Source: Camelus ferus (taxonomy: Eukaryota). Taken from it: 64,000 nucleotides of DNA. Within the stretch, counting starts at the first letter, position 1, and the number at the start of each line of letters is the position of its first letter. The position numbers and the translations under genes are program-made. This document shows, one piece after another, positions 51,170-64,000 of this stretch. The stretch covers positions 5,148,001 through 5,212,000 of the forward strand of contig NC_045698.1 in the NCBI RefSeq assembly GCF_009834535.1. Direction: 5' to 3'. The notes below the pieces were generated by a model that made no database searches, had not been told where the DNA came from, and worked only from the letters and a program-made list of their open reading frames with translations.

Positions 51170-51780
51170 GCTCCAGCTCGCCGTCACAGGCCCACTGTCT
51201 TTACCCATAGTTCCACTCACACTCAACATCGCAGCCACACTGATCTGCCTAAAAAATCCCCACCTCCCTGCAGCCCTTGGAGCTTCATGGATGACACTCC
51301 ATGTCATCCTGTCTCTGCCCCATCTTTTCTCTCTGCCCGCAGAATTCTTGTTCATCTTTTTGAAATCAGGTCTAGAGACACCTACTTTGAGCAGTATTCA
51401 TTGACCTCTCATAGGTAGAGGTAGGTGTTTATTTTTTCCCTTAACCTACGGATACCATTGTATTCAGAACTTTCTGCACAGTTTGTCTTCAGGGATGTCT
51501 TCACAGCATTACATTTCACCCTAGCGGGGCTCCAAAAACGTCGCTGGAGAATGGGGGAAGCGAGGAAGGGAAACTAGTCTACGTTCATTACAGTTATGAT
51601 TCAGGGACCTTGTAATTTACGTTCAGCTATTTTAATCCTCCTGACAGCTGTAAAAACGTTGTTATCCTGATTTAAGAATTGGCAAATTGAGACTCAAGAG
51701 CGTTGAAGTGATTTGAGCAAGTTTCCACTGACAGGATGGGTCCACATTTTTTCTTATTTTGCATCACACTGTCCTCATAG
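51170..51780. mobile_element. L2 remnant (about 51170-51560) followed by antisense MIR (about 51600-51780)
   Basis: cagccacactgatctgc (L2); ttaatcctcctgacagc...aaattgagactcaagagcgttgaagtgatttgagcaag (MIR). Confidence 0.5.
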
Positions 51781-54700
51781 GTCGATAATGTCTACGATTT
51801 TCTTTTAAGAACACATGTATAGTTGCTGAGCCTTATTTATGTATTCTTTGACTATTCAAAATATTTAAGAAAGCCCACTTTGTGACAAACACTAGTAAAT
51901 CCCCAAAGGTTCAGTGATCACCGAGTACCCAACACTGATATCTCGACATCCATGGTGTCAGTCTGCTGATCAGCTCTGGAAAATCCTATTTTTGGAGGAA
52001 GTTTATTTCAGGAGTTCACAACTACAGAGACTTCCCATTGCATACTACTGTGTATCTACCTTTGAGTGTCCAGTATGTAATTATTAAGTAACTGATTGAA
52101 AAAGAGGTGGAGGGTCCTCCAGAGGTCCCAGATGCCTTTGCAAGACACTCCATGGCTACACTTTGTCTCAAATTATGCCTATTACCTTTTGTTGCTTTTC
52201 TCTAATTTATGTCTTTGAGGGATGTTGTGTGTAATTTTGCTGTAAACACTTAATTTTATCACCTGAACAGTATGTTCACAGAAATGATGAAATCAGTACA
52301 AAGTTGTACCATTTGGTTAAAATGTTACTGTTGGTGGCCTAGCAAGAACCAGGAGGATGAACACGTGGAGGGAGAGTTGAACAGAATTACTGGTTGGGAT
52401 GAGCAGCGCATCTGTCGTCATCACTCCCGTGAGCAGAGACACCCGATAGACCTAGAAGAGGCTGCTTCTCATGAAACCAGCTGACGTGCTGGTATAAGTC
52501 TCTTCAAATAAACTGACTTGTTAAGAAAGGGAAAGAGCAAACTTTTCTTCTTGATTCACATTTTAATTACACTGTTTTAAAATATCCCCCTGGAAATGAG
52601 AGCCTGGATCCGGAGCCTTTCATCAGTGAAAAGCAGTGTTTTGATGGTTGACAGACTCTCTTCCCACAGCTTTGCAGTGCCAGGGCTAACGAGGGTGAGT
52701 CTCGGTTGGAAATTTTGCTTTTTTCTGTCTAAGGGAATAAAATCACCCAAATATCATCTTTAAGACTGTTAGCAGAAGTTGAACTTGCTATGCCTCCCAT
52801 GCTTGGAAGCCTTGGAATACAATACCGTTCAGTCTGCTAAGACATATTTCTTGAACATAACACATTTTGTAAATGTTCCGTTGTTGCTTCTTCTAGTCCC
52901 CAGAAATCCTTTTTGTTCTGGTCATTCAAATCACATGGTAGAAAGATGTGTTCTTACCCTAAGTTTTTTTTTTTATAATATTTCGTCATTTATTGTTTTC
53001 AACCATAAATGTACCAGAGTAGATGGTCTTTCTTACTAACTTTTAGGAGATCTCAGAAGTTAAAGAAAGGAAGGCAGTTCAAAGGAACTTACATATTTTT
53101 CTTTCTAGAAGCCTACTTACACTGAGGATTTAGAACCAATACATACAGTACTTTTAAATACTTTGATTAAAATGCATTTTTCATTGTTATTCTGTATTAG
53201 TGTGATGAAATTCTGTAACCCCTACCCCCCCGCTTCATCTTAACTTCTGAAGGAGAGGTCCAGGGCGGCGCTGGTCAAGTGTCAAGGCCTTTAATTGGCC
53301 ACTTGGCCATTCCTGGGGATGGCTGTTTCTTGGGACCAAGTTAGGCCAGGGAAGAACATCCCAAATGGACCTTGTCACAAGCAGTCCCCATATCCTGTGC
53401 CCTCCAAAGACTTCAGGTGAACTTTATTGAGGGAAAATTTGCGTCCAGTAAGAGGCACCATGTAAGGGTTCATTTTGATGAGTTCCGACAGCTCTGTGAG
53501 CCCACGTAGACCCTGGATGCTCTGACGGAGAACTCCCTCCCTGCTGGGTCTGAGAGATCCTGCATCATCACCGAAGGGCAGTGGGGTTCTCTCGTCCTTC
53601 TCTGTAATCTCACGTTCTTTGGGCTTGGGCATCTTGTTCTTTTAAGAAAGTTCTAGATCTTACTGTGAGGCTTTCCAGAGAGGAAAAAGAAAGAAAAGGA
53701 AGGAGAAGGTGGTCAGACTTTGAAACAGGAGCTCATCTGTTCTCCATCTGGTCTTAAAACTCAACTCAGCTGAGCCTGGAGACCTCATTTCAAGACGCTT
53801 CATAAAGACAAACGGTGCATCCGTTCAAAGAACCGAGGGGAGCGCAGAACCAGAGAGTGCAGAGCGGAGCGGCTGTTTGCTGTGGGCGGACGGACCAGGG
53901 CTTGGCAGGTGGGACACCCCACCACACACGGACACCTCTGTTAGTAGCCCCAGGGACCCAACGTTGCACTTCAGAGCAAGGTTGCTAAGGTGTTCACCCT
54001 GCAGTGCACAGATATAGAAGCACAAGAGTGAGCCCCGTTTGTTTCTCAAAATGTAAGAAAATGCAGGGAAATGCTAAGCATGGTGAAGCGTGCCACGTGG
54101 CATGTAAGTCCTCAGTACTGTTACTGTGAAGTCCCCACTATGGTGCAAAATTAGTTAAGAAACATGGAGGGCTTGGAGTTTGGCAAGTAGAAATAAGCCA
54201 TCCAAGCATCTCGCATCTGTAAAAAGAGCGTTAGATGAAAAGGTCAGGTTTAAAAAAAGAAACAAATAAATGCGATTGTGTTTATTAGCTGTTGCGGTGC
54301 TGAAGCTGAGCATGCCACAGCTCTCTAGAGAAAAGAAAATGATCAGTCACATGCTGAAGACACTGAAACTTACATTTTTCTCCTTTCTAATTAAAAATAA
54401 GTGGATAGATAGATAACGGGGATTTGCCTTGATTTTTTTTCAATGGAAGCATTAATTAATCAGCCCTTTCGTCCTGCCTGATAGAACTTGAGAGCTTCAC
54501 TGGCATTCTGAAGACTGAACATATTTTTGCATTTTAACTGTGATGAAGACAATATGCTATTCTTAATAAAGCGATGGTGATTTGGGGACAGGAAGTGCAT
54601 ATTTGATTATAATTACAATCACCAAATGTTTACTTGCTGTAAATAAGGATCTGGCTGGGGTTTGGTTAACACATGTGCATTTCCATACTGTGGGTCTTTT

Positions 54701-54944
54701 GAAAAAATAGATATATTTTTCATTTCTCTTCATAAGCCCACAGAGACTTCGGATTTGATCCCTTAAGGCCTCAACGTATGCCAGCTGGATAGCCGGGCTG
54801 ACGTCTTTAATCACTGAGTTCCTACAGGTTCTGGAAAAGAGAGTCTCGGGTTGAACCCATCTTTGTTTTGCCCATGGCTTCCATCAGATCTCAGCCTCTG
54901 GCTGGACATTCGAGCCTGAGCAGGTGTTCAGGATAGGGTTCCTG

Positions 54945-55070
54945 GGTTCTCAGGAATCTGCTGGAGTTCTGTGAAGTTTTTCTGTATAAATTAAAATGCT
55001 ACAGCACTTTTCATGAGATATTCAAAGAGGTCAGTGACTGTCCCCGGAAGGTGAAGAAACGGAACATCCT
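54945..55070. mobile_element. hAT-Charlie MER-type fragment
   Basis: ttttcatgagatattcaaagaggtcagtgac...aaggtgaagaaac. Confidence 0.4.
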
Positions 55071-55915
55071 GCAGTTTCTTTCCAACCTGGTCCTCCACTT
55101 TCCATCTGGCATCCCAGTCGCTCCCTGCTCCAAGATAACGTGATACGAAAAAGTGGTGCTTTTATAGTCAGTTCATCCTCAGACAGCAAATCGGGTCTCT
55201 GTGAGTGTGTGTTGTATTCGCCTGTGCGCCTTTCTGTACTTTAAGTGTTTCTGCAAAATACATCTTTGAAGTCATGTGTCCAGATCATTGTTATGCGATG
55301 ACCCTGACAATCCTCCTGCAGCCTGGAGGGGCCTCTTCCTGGGAAGTTTGTTGTACAGGGGAGGGGGATGCACTCAGGAACAGCCAGGCATCAATCAACA
55401 GGTATTTGTTACTGCATAATTAAATGGGTACTTTCAAGTGCCTATTCTATTAAAAGTTATGAAAATTTAAGTAGCACTTAATATTCAGCTTGTTTGAGTT
55501 TTGGGGTAGAAGTGCCTTTTTGGCAAATTGTTCAGATCTTTTGCTTTTAAGTTGGTGATTGTTGGTCCATTAGGTCGTTTCAATTGCTTAAATTCAAATA
55601 GAAAACATACACTTTATTTGGGACTTTGGTGTGGATATTTATTTAAGTATAATTTTCTGTGTGCATAGACAAAAAAGCATTTCAAATTTAAATATATAGG
55701 AAGTCAGTTTAAAAGATGGTCTTAAAATAAGAGGGTTAGACACTTTTCAAGCATGCGTCATTTATTTGGGGAATATTGCATTACTGTCGCCTTAGCTAGC
55801 ATTTGTGTCATGTACAGACTGTATATGTGGTGGTACAATTTTCATGTATCTTTTTATAGTGGGCTTGGTTTTAAATAGTAATTCAATTCAGGAGAATAAA
55901 AGATCGCCATACTTT

Positions 55916-55949
55916 TACACACATACAAACACACACACACACACACACA
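55916..55949. repeat. Imperfect (CA)n microsatellite
   Basis: Read directly. Confidence 0.9.
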
Positions 55950-56038
55950 CAGAGTTCTTGAATAATGAAACAAATTTTGAACAAAATTCAAATGAGCGCA
56001 GTCAGTCCTTTGCATTTTGTCAGCCTCAGGGTTTAGAT

Positions 56039-56362
56039 CTGCACTGTCCGATACGGTAGCCACAGGCCACATGCAACTATTCAAAATTAAATTTAAAATA
56101 GTTTCCTGTGCTATACAGTGTAAACTGGTTGTTTATTTTATATATAGTAGTACCTGCAAATCTCAAATTCCCAATTTATCACATTATGCTGTTCACCAGA
56201 AATTGACACAACATTGTAAACTGACTATATGTCAACTAAAAAATAAAAATAATAAATTTTTAAGATGTAAGTTGACTATGATAACATGTCAGTTCCCTAG
56301 TACCACATTTCATGTGCTCACCATCCATTTATGGCTAGTGGCTACCATGCTGGATAGCTCAG
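56039..56362 (+). mobile_element. MER3-like hAT MITE split by an L1 fragment
   Basis: TIR-like ends ctgcactgtccgatacggtagccac and gtggctaccatgctggatagctcag. Confidence 0.82.
56097..56255 (+). mobile_element. Very short young L1 3' end with 5' inversion
   Basis: Antisense L1 UTR 56097-56180 joined to sense terminal piece 56181-56255 with an A tail. Confidence 0.8.
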
Positions 56363-56864
56363 ATAAAGAATGTAACTTACTTAACCAGCTTCCTAAAGCT
56401 GTGCATTTAGATGATTTTCAGTGTTTCAGTGTTAATCATAATGCTATAATGAACAGCTTCATATATAAATTTTGTACATACCTATCATATCTCCTTAAGG
56501 TGCAATAATTCGTTCATTATTCAGTGAATATTCATAGACTACAACGTTCATAGAACTGTTGCATAGAAATAAAATATTTAAGAATCTTTGGCATTGTGGA
56601 ACTTAATATTTTAGGAAATGAACAGTTAACAAAATAGAAATGAATAAATGAACGCATGAATGAAGGAGTAAATAATAAATACATGAATAGATTGCATTAA
56701 AATAGTTTTTAATTGGTGCACATTGTTTGAGCCATTATTATGATAGTAAACAAGTGCTCCGGTGTGTCATGTCTTAACTTCAACATGTGATAACTTTTGT
56801 CCTGTAGAAGGTTGTAATATTCTGTGCTTCGATTTTAAGTCTTTTCCTTTATGGCTGATGTTTT

Positions 56865-57870
56865 TGTGAGAACTTTAGACCTAAAAAGCACTAACTAAAA
56901 AGGGAGCGTTGGTAATTTTAGAACATAAAAATTTTAAATTTCATTTGTGCACAGACACCACTAAAAAAGTGAAGAACGATCAGGACTAGGAGATGTCTAT
57001 AATGAATACAGCTCATAAAAGTGCTCTCTCCTGTAAATGCTGAAGCCAAAAATATGTATATATGGAAAGTATGTGAAATTTTTTTTTAGTGAGTGTGTCT
57101 AAATGACAAAAAAAAAAAACAAAAAACAGGAGTTGATACTCAACCTCCCTCCTAGTCAGAGGAGTGCAAGTTACTAAGAAGGAATTACAGTCGCACAACC
57201 GTCAGACCGGCCACGTTGGAAGAGCCTGACGGCCCCTCAGTAGGACTGCATATGAAGGACTGAGAACAGGTACACGGCTGTTACTAGTGAAAGTTAAAGT
57301 AACTACCGTAGAAGAATACAGTTGGGCATAACTTTGAACAGAAATGTGATCTTGATCTTGCTTGATCTTCCTGGAGAGTCTTTAGTGAGTGTCCCCAAGG
57401 AGACAGTTTCCAGAATATTCATTTTGACATCATCTATAATAATAAACAGTTGAAAGGAAATAATGTGTCCATCGGTAGGGAGTTGAAAAAATAGCTTATG
57501 GCATAGTTGGAGATAATGTTAATCAGAGCTTAAGAAAACGAACTGGGTTTATATGTTCTAGCAGAGGTGGTCATCCAGAACAGCAAACTGAGTAAAAAAA
57601 ATAGCAAATTGCTGAATACTGGGTCTATGTAGAATGCCATTGTGTACATTTGAAACATACAAAAACACTGCATTTTGTTCTGGTACTGTTCAGAGATGGT
57701 AAAAGTACAGAAATAAACAGGATGCCAGCGGCCCCTGAGGGGAGAAGGGAAAGGTTTCTCAGTAATTCTTCACATCGCTTTTATAAATGTGGATGGCAGG
57801 TTCACAGGTGTTTGTTACATTATTTTTTTCCTGTACTTTTCTGCCTTTTAAATATTTTCATTTTTCAAAA
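56865..57870 (+). mobile_element. Old L1 (L1ME-like) ORF2 end and 3' UTR
   Basis: cagacaccactaaaaaagtgaaga, atgtgtccatcggtagggagttg. Confidence 0.55.
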
Positions 57871-58749
57871 GCAGTTTCCAATGAGAAACAAAAAGTTTCC
57901 AGTGTAAGGGGGGAAATGCCACTTTAAAAACTCTTTGTTTTTTCCACTCCAAACTAACTACGAGAGTTTCTTTTCCTGGTGTCCATCCTCTCCGCACATG
58001 GGTGACATCCAGATGTCATTTTGAATGTTACCTTTTGAAGTTTATGGCCTTGAAACTTCTGAAGGAGTCTGAGTGGAAGATACTCAAGTCTCTTCCCTAT
58101 GGAGAACAATGATGAGGAAAAATCCTTCCGAATTTGCCAACATTCTTCGAATATTTAACTTTTATCATTGGTTTCATTCTTTGTTTTTAAAAATATGGGA
58201 GCGTTTTGTTGCCATTACTGATGTTTTTATTCCTGTTGATTTGTAAGAGCACATGGGGGAAGGTCAGCACGGTGGCCAAGCAAGGCCTAAACACACATAC
58301 TTGGCGGCTTCTGGAGCTACGCACTTAGTAATTTTTTTTTTTTTTTTTTTTTTGCCCTCTCAATGACTTTTAACAGGCATTGTAAAAGGTAAGATAAAAT
58401 ATGAATTTTGTTAATGTGAAGGCAAATAATAAATCTCTCTTTGTATAACTATTAGAATATATAGATAATTTAATGCCCAGATTTACGTAGGGTTTAGACA
58501 TGGTTATTGTCACATAATGGGGAGTAGCCCCAGGTCAGAAGGTGCACCTGTCCCATACATTTGGTGGCCAGCAGGACATACGGTGCTGTTCCGGGCACTC
58601 CTTCCCTTTCCAGAAGAAGCTACAGATTGTTGCCATGACCCCATAACAGCCACCTTCATGTCTCATTATCTTCCCTGTAACCCCACTCAGTTATTCAGTT
58701 TCTGCAAAGTGCCAGTTTTGATTATGTCTATGCCAATTTGTATTTGGGT

Positions 58750-58857
58750 GGGGGAGGTTATAGCTCAGGGGTAGAGTGCGTGCTTAGCATGCACCAGGTC
58801 CTGGGTTCAGTCCCCAGGACCTGCATTTAAGGAAAAAAGAAAAGAAAAAGAAAGAAA
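58750..58857 (+). mobile_element. Short tRNA-Ala(AGC)-like SINE/retropseudogene
   Basis: tRNA-like head with CTTAGCATG loop, directly followed by a (GAAAA)n tail; TSD aatttgtatttg / aaattgtattg. Confidence 0.85.
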
Positions 58858-61800
58858 ATTGTATTGCACATTTAGCAGTGTATTTGTGTGCTGTCTTCCC
58901 TGCACATCCATAAAGTCCTACGGTCTTGATTATTGTACAGGCCTTGTACATTTTTTGTTGATTTCTAGGTATTTTATATCCTCATGAACTCTCTGAATGG
59001 GTTTTTAATTTTTAACTAAAACTTACAACTTTTTCTGACATATAGGAAAAACTATCCATCTTAATATTAGTGGCTGCTAACAGGCCAACTAACTGAACAT
59101 CCTTCATAATCCTATTTTTTGTTCTATTTCTGTTCTATCTATATAATGATAATTTATAATTAAGTTATAATTTATAATAATTTCAATATCCACATCTTTT
59201 TTTTTTAATTCAGTGAAGTTAAACTCCTGGAAAGGCATTAAGGAAAAGTGGGGAAAACGGACATTCTTGTGTCATCTGATTGTAGAGGAGTGGCTTGTCT
59301 TACCTGCAGCGTGAACCTTGCAGTATTCCATTTGCTGTAATAATTCACTATATGGTGGGCTTGATGCTGGGCAGAAGATCTGTTCTCTTTTCCATTTCTT
59401 TTAAATAGTTTGTAGAAGTAATAATGCCTTTGAATCGTCCCCATTCAGAACACACACATGGAGGGAGGGAGAGGAGGGGGCTTTACAAGCTGAAGACATT
59501 GATGGAAACATGTTTCAAGAGGCAAAGCCTGTTAGTTTAAAGCCTAAGAACCTCAAGGCTTTACATTTTTACAAAATGGTCCTCTTTTCTTATTTTCTCA
59601 GGGTTTTTATGAACTATTTTCCCTACTCATCCTAGGAATCCATTAATAGGTCATTAGTTCTTCTTTTTTGTGTTGTCCAGGACTGCCCTTATAGACCAAC
59701 ATCAGATTTTTAGTTCAGCTGAGAAAAATCTTGAGGCGTCTTCCTGCACGGCGCTCCCTTGTCTTATTTTATCTTTCGAAATTCTGGGTCTCGGGTTTAA
59801 CCAGCATGTTTTGCTGTCCTGTGGACTGTTTTCAGTGCATCCTCTTGGTCTTGTTCGCTTTCCTGACATTTTGGAAGGCAGATTTAATCTCTGATCTCAT
59901 CATATTCAGAATCTATTCATAAAATTTGTGATCTGTGATATTTACTTTTTAAAGAGTAAAGTTAAAAGGAATTAGCAAATCATACCACTTGAACAGGAAC
60001 TGGTATAAAGTCGCTAAATATTTATGAATGCCCTTCTGTAAATATCCTCTGCATGGGACTGACAGAAATCCTTCCTTCTCACAGTTCCCCAGGGTCCAGG
60101 GACGGAGACTTCATAGAAGGTAAATCAAAAATAAAATAAGCAGGTGAGACATAGGGATGAGGGTGCCCGTGGAAGAGTGCCCTGATCATCCCTGAGTCCA
60201 GAGGACAGGCTGCCTGTGTGCCTGCTAGGCTCAGGACTTCCCCGTGTACATCTGCTCCAAAGTCACAACACGTTTTTTGAAATCTCCTGTTTGATTCTTA
60301 AAATCAAAATATGCACTGCCTGACTTGCAGTTTTCTTGATGATATATTCATAGCTGTCTTAATATATAGAGGATTTTAAAAGCCATCCATATAAAATAGA
60401 ATGACTCTTATATAACTTTATGTAACCCAGACAAAAATAGGATCTTGCAGAGTTGATAAGAAGACCAGCGCTCCTTGTGTCTAGTGAAGACGCCTCTCAG
60501 GTCAGCGTGAGAGCAGAGCACAAAGATGCTGCAGGTGAGAGGCCGGAGATCTACGGCTTCTTAGGGAACCTGGTGCTGTCTTGGGGAGCACCTGCTTTGT
60601 ATCTTAAAATTCATGCCACATGGTCCCCTCTATGGTCTAAGGTTTGGGGGAGTGAAGACCTTTGTGTTTTCGACTTTGTGTGTCCACAGCGCCTTCTCCA
60701 TTGTTCATGGTCAGTAAAGGTCAGTTGGTTGAGTGAATAATCCGCTAGACTGGGCGTCACCATTGATTTAAGCAAAGACCCCTCTTGCTGTGATCATAAG
60801 CCCCATCCCAAGCACAGCCCGTGGAGAAAGGGGTTGTTTTTTTTGTTTTGTTTTGTTTTTTTGAATTGCACAGTCAGGCATATTCTGATTACATGTGATG
60901 CTTATGGCCATATTCTTAACTGATTTTAAAATGGACATGCACTAGATCAATTTTAAAGGATTAATTCTATAGAAGACATTCTTTGAAAGCATACTGAAGA
61001 TGTTCTTTCTCCAGCTGAACATGGTAGTTTTCATTACTCAGCACCTTTTTCCAAAACCTGTTTAATAAGTTTATCTGTTGACCTGGTGCCATTTCTGAGC
61101 CGAGAACCATCCTAGCAAGGCGGCATAAGGACACACTTAGAGGTCACGTTCAGGAGACAACAAATTCAAGATTCACTTCTCATTGCAGCAGGGGAGGAAT
61201 CACAATGTGAGTAATGTACCTATAGAGGAAGTCAAGGGATCCATTGTCATTGAAGTGGAAAGCAGCCCGCAGGGTTCCCAGCACGCCTGGCACAATTTTA
61301 ACACCTCCACAGACGTGAACCCTGTGTACCTCTCACAGCAGACCTGGGAGGCACAAAGGGTGACTGATGTGCCCCAGGGCACGCAGCTGGCAGGTGGCGG
61401 GGCTGGGAGGCCGCCCGTGTGGGGTGTTGGGAGTCTGCGGTCTTCCCGGTGGCATCGGGGGGCCGCTCCCGGAGCGCGGTCACTGTGTCTCGGCAGTGGT
61501 GCGCTGCTTTCCTGCGCCTGAAATGCCCAGCGTGTCCTGCCGCCCGCCGAGGGCCTGGGCTCTGAGGGCGGCCCCGTTGTAAGTCACTGAATTGGATTCC
61601 ACGCACCACTACCACCCAGCAAGCTTCAAATAAACCGTAGTGGAGATCACCCCAAAGAAAATGGAGGGTTTCATCTTTTTCTTGAAGATTCATAAAAACA
61701 AAGCCTAAAGGTATGCAAGACTAGACATTCCATTAGCATTCACCGATACGGCAAAAGCTGGTGGCTTCAAGGAAGTGCGTCGTTGAATAAAGGTCTGTTT

Positions 61801-61946
61801 TATACAAGGTGACTTTTCTACCGGGAACGTTTACATGTGAAAGTCACCACTTTATTGATCTTCTCCTGGTTACCAAAGAGAAATGCTGAAGCCAGTGGAA
61901 ATGAACTTGCTCATAATAAGGCCAAACCCTGAGGCACGGGAAGAGT

Positions 61947-61985
61947 GCGCACATGCACACGCACACACACACACACACGCACACG
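61947..61985. repeat. Imperfect (CA)n/(CG) microsatellite
   Basis: Read directly. Confidence 0.85.
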
Positions 61986-64000
61986 GCTGTATCAACCCGC
62001 ACGCCAGCGAGTGAGCTGACTACGTAGCTCACTTGCTGGACTGAGAGGAAGAGTTAAGCCTTTCCTCTTGCCAGGTCCCTTTATGGCTGTTCTGTTGACG
62101 TTCGTGAGGAAATTGTGAACTCGCTTGCTGTTATTGAAGAGCCTTTCAGAGCAGACATAAATGGAACTCTGGGCAACTCATTAAGACATTTATCAGAAGT
62201 GCTGCATGGTTATTCACGGTGCTGCTCCGGCACCGACAGTAAGATGAAAGGATACTGTTCTTATGAGCCACAGAACACCCCCAGATCTGTTTCCTTCTTA
62301 CTCTCTGATTTTGCAGAAATTCACCCAACTTAGCAAACAGATCTGCAGCACCCCGAAGCCTCCGTGTGTCCTGGGAAGGTGCTGGAAGGAGGGGCCAGTT
62401 TCCCTAGTCAGGGGCTAAATGTGTCACACTGTGGACTCCAGACTCCTCAGAGGCAAAATGAGGGAACTGGTCACTGCATGACCTTGTCTAATATTCCAGA
62501 ACTTTGCCAGTGAAGTTGCAACGAACTACTGTTTGGAAGTTTCCAAGCATTATGATATTTTTGGTCTTAGAAATATTATTTAAGTTGCTAAGTCTCCAAG
62601 AACTTTTCATTATAGTTTATTATTTCGAGAACGTGTTGATCAGTCTTAGTAATTTTTTGGTAACATTTATCTTTAAATAATTTTAAATAGATTACATGCA
62701 CAGCTCTCTCACTTAGCCGATATTTAAATTTGGGAGATTCTTTTCAGTCTGAACCCACCTGTTGCCACAGCGCTTTCCTAGGGCTAATCGTGGTGTACAG
62801 ATCATTTTTCTCTACTCTTTGGATGATAATTAGATAAATTTGTGCGTCTGTGTAAAAGGTTTACACTGGTCATTTTTATTGCTGAAGCATTCGATTTTCA
62901 AGTTCCGCTACTGTACTGTGCATCTCTGGACTCGAGGGTAGTTAGTTGTTGCTGTTCATGTCCCTCCGAATTATCACCGTGGTATAAACAGGATTGTTTC
63001 ACGAAACTCTCCCCTGGTTTCTGTTGTTTCAAGCACAGCAAATTTGTCTGCCTCCGATTTTGGCATTTACTTAATTTTTTTTTCCTTAAGTGATAGGTAA
63101 CTGGTACCTTTGACATTTGTGTCCTTTTTTACTTCAATAAAATTAAGTAATTACTACTTAATTACTAATGAAATCAACATTTTTTTCCCAAGGGCTGTTT
63201 TTAATTTGTAGCCCATATTGTGTGAACCTGGAACGTCCTGCCCTGTAGGGACATGGTTTTGTTAACGAGTCCACTGCTTTATGCAGTTTAGATATTTGGT
63301 CATGTTTGTCCCTGGTGTTTCCTAGTTTTCCCTTGATCTTGGTCTTGGTTGGGTTTCATTTTACTTAAGTATCTAATATTTATATAAATGTTTCACTTCT
63401 GTATTTAGTCAATACACATTTTCTTCTTTGGTGAGTATCTATCAGTATAATTCACTGTATCAGACCAGAAAAAAAAAAAAAATGGAAGCAAGAAAAATCT
63501 GATCTGGCCCGTCTCTCAAAAGAACTCGGACTGTAAAATCTCTAGTAAAGAAATCTACCTTCTCTTTTTTTCCTCACATTTTCTATTATAATTGATTCTG
63601 TTCCTTTAAGAGAACAGCATTCTGGATTTTGTTTTTCATATTTTGTGATCTGATTTTTTAAAAAATATTTCACTTTTTGGCCATTTGGCACTTAATGTAG
63701 TATGTGCTGAGAGCTCAGACTCGAAGTTTCCTTCTATTATTAACAGACGTTCTCCCGGCACCATTGATTCCATAACCAGTCCATCCCCGAGTTATCACGG
63801 CAATCTTACTTTATAGTATCATAACTGTTCCTCTTCCTCAGACTCTGAACTTTGACTCTTCAGCCTCTCAGTTTAATCACAGGCATACTCTTCTTGAAGT
63901 CGATAGTAAGATAATTTAAAAGAAATTTACATGTCTGTAAGTGGTGTTATCCTCGGGCTGGTACAATAATTAGCTTGTTGAGGGCCCTTTCTCCTTTTAA

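Noticed and set aside
56017..56508. 163-aa ORF
   Set aside because: Runs through MER3 and L1 UTR fragments; not gene-like.
58750..58825. Functional tRNA-Ala genes (also at 6551, 34410, 35659)
   Set aside because: Mutated boxes and stems, A-rich tails, and TSDs in three of the four copies indicate SINEs/retrocopies.
6551..58857. All four tRNA-derived SINEs lie on the + strand
   Set aside because: Four copies sharing one orientation has probability 1/8; not significant.
61808..61848. 9-bp inverted repeat GGTGACTTT / AAAGTCACC
   Set aside because: Short, isolated and consistent with chance.
1..64000. Prokaryotic-type systems (CRISPR arrays, operons, defence loci)
   Set aside because: No repeat-spacer arrays or dense coding sequence; this is a mammalian intron.

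Overview
Mammalian genomic DNA, most likely camelid (alpaca/camel), judged from tRNA-Ala-derived Vic-1-like SINEs, young artiodactyl-type L1 3' ends and a MER41_BT-like LTR. The whole window appears to lie inside the adenylate cyclase 2 gene (ADCY2, + strand). I found one coding exon, 20970-21131 (162 nt, AG/GT flanked, phase 0-0), encoding part of the first transmembrane cassette. The rest is intron, rich in L1, L2, MIR, MaLR/ERV LTRs, hAT MITEs and microsatellites. The other ORFs in the track look like repeat debris or chance. The least explained element is a 289-bp CpG-rich insert (42483-42771) with a perfect 9-bp direct repeat, sitting inside a young L1 3' end. Also notable: two L1 copies with twin-priming inversions, a MER41-like solo LTR with a nested L1, an RBFOX-motif array, and two motif-dense candidate enhancers. 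I see no evidence for a new multi-gene system. Repeat subfamily names come from recalled consensus sequences, not a database search, and boundaries of old repeats are approximate.
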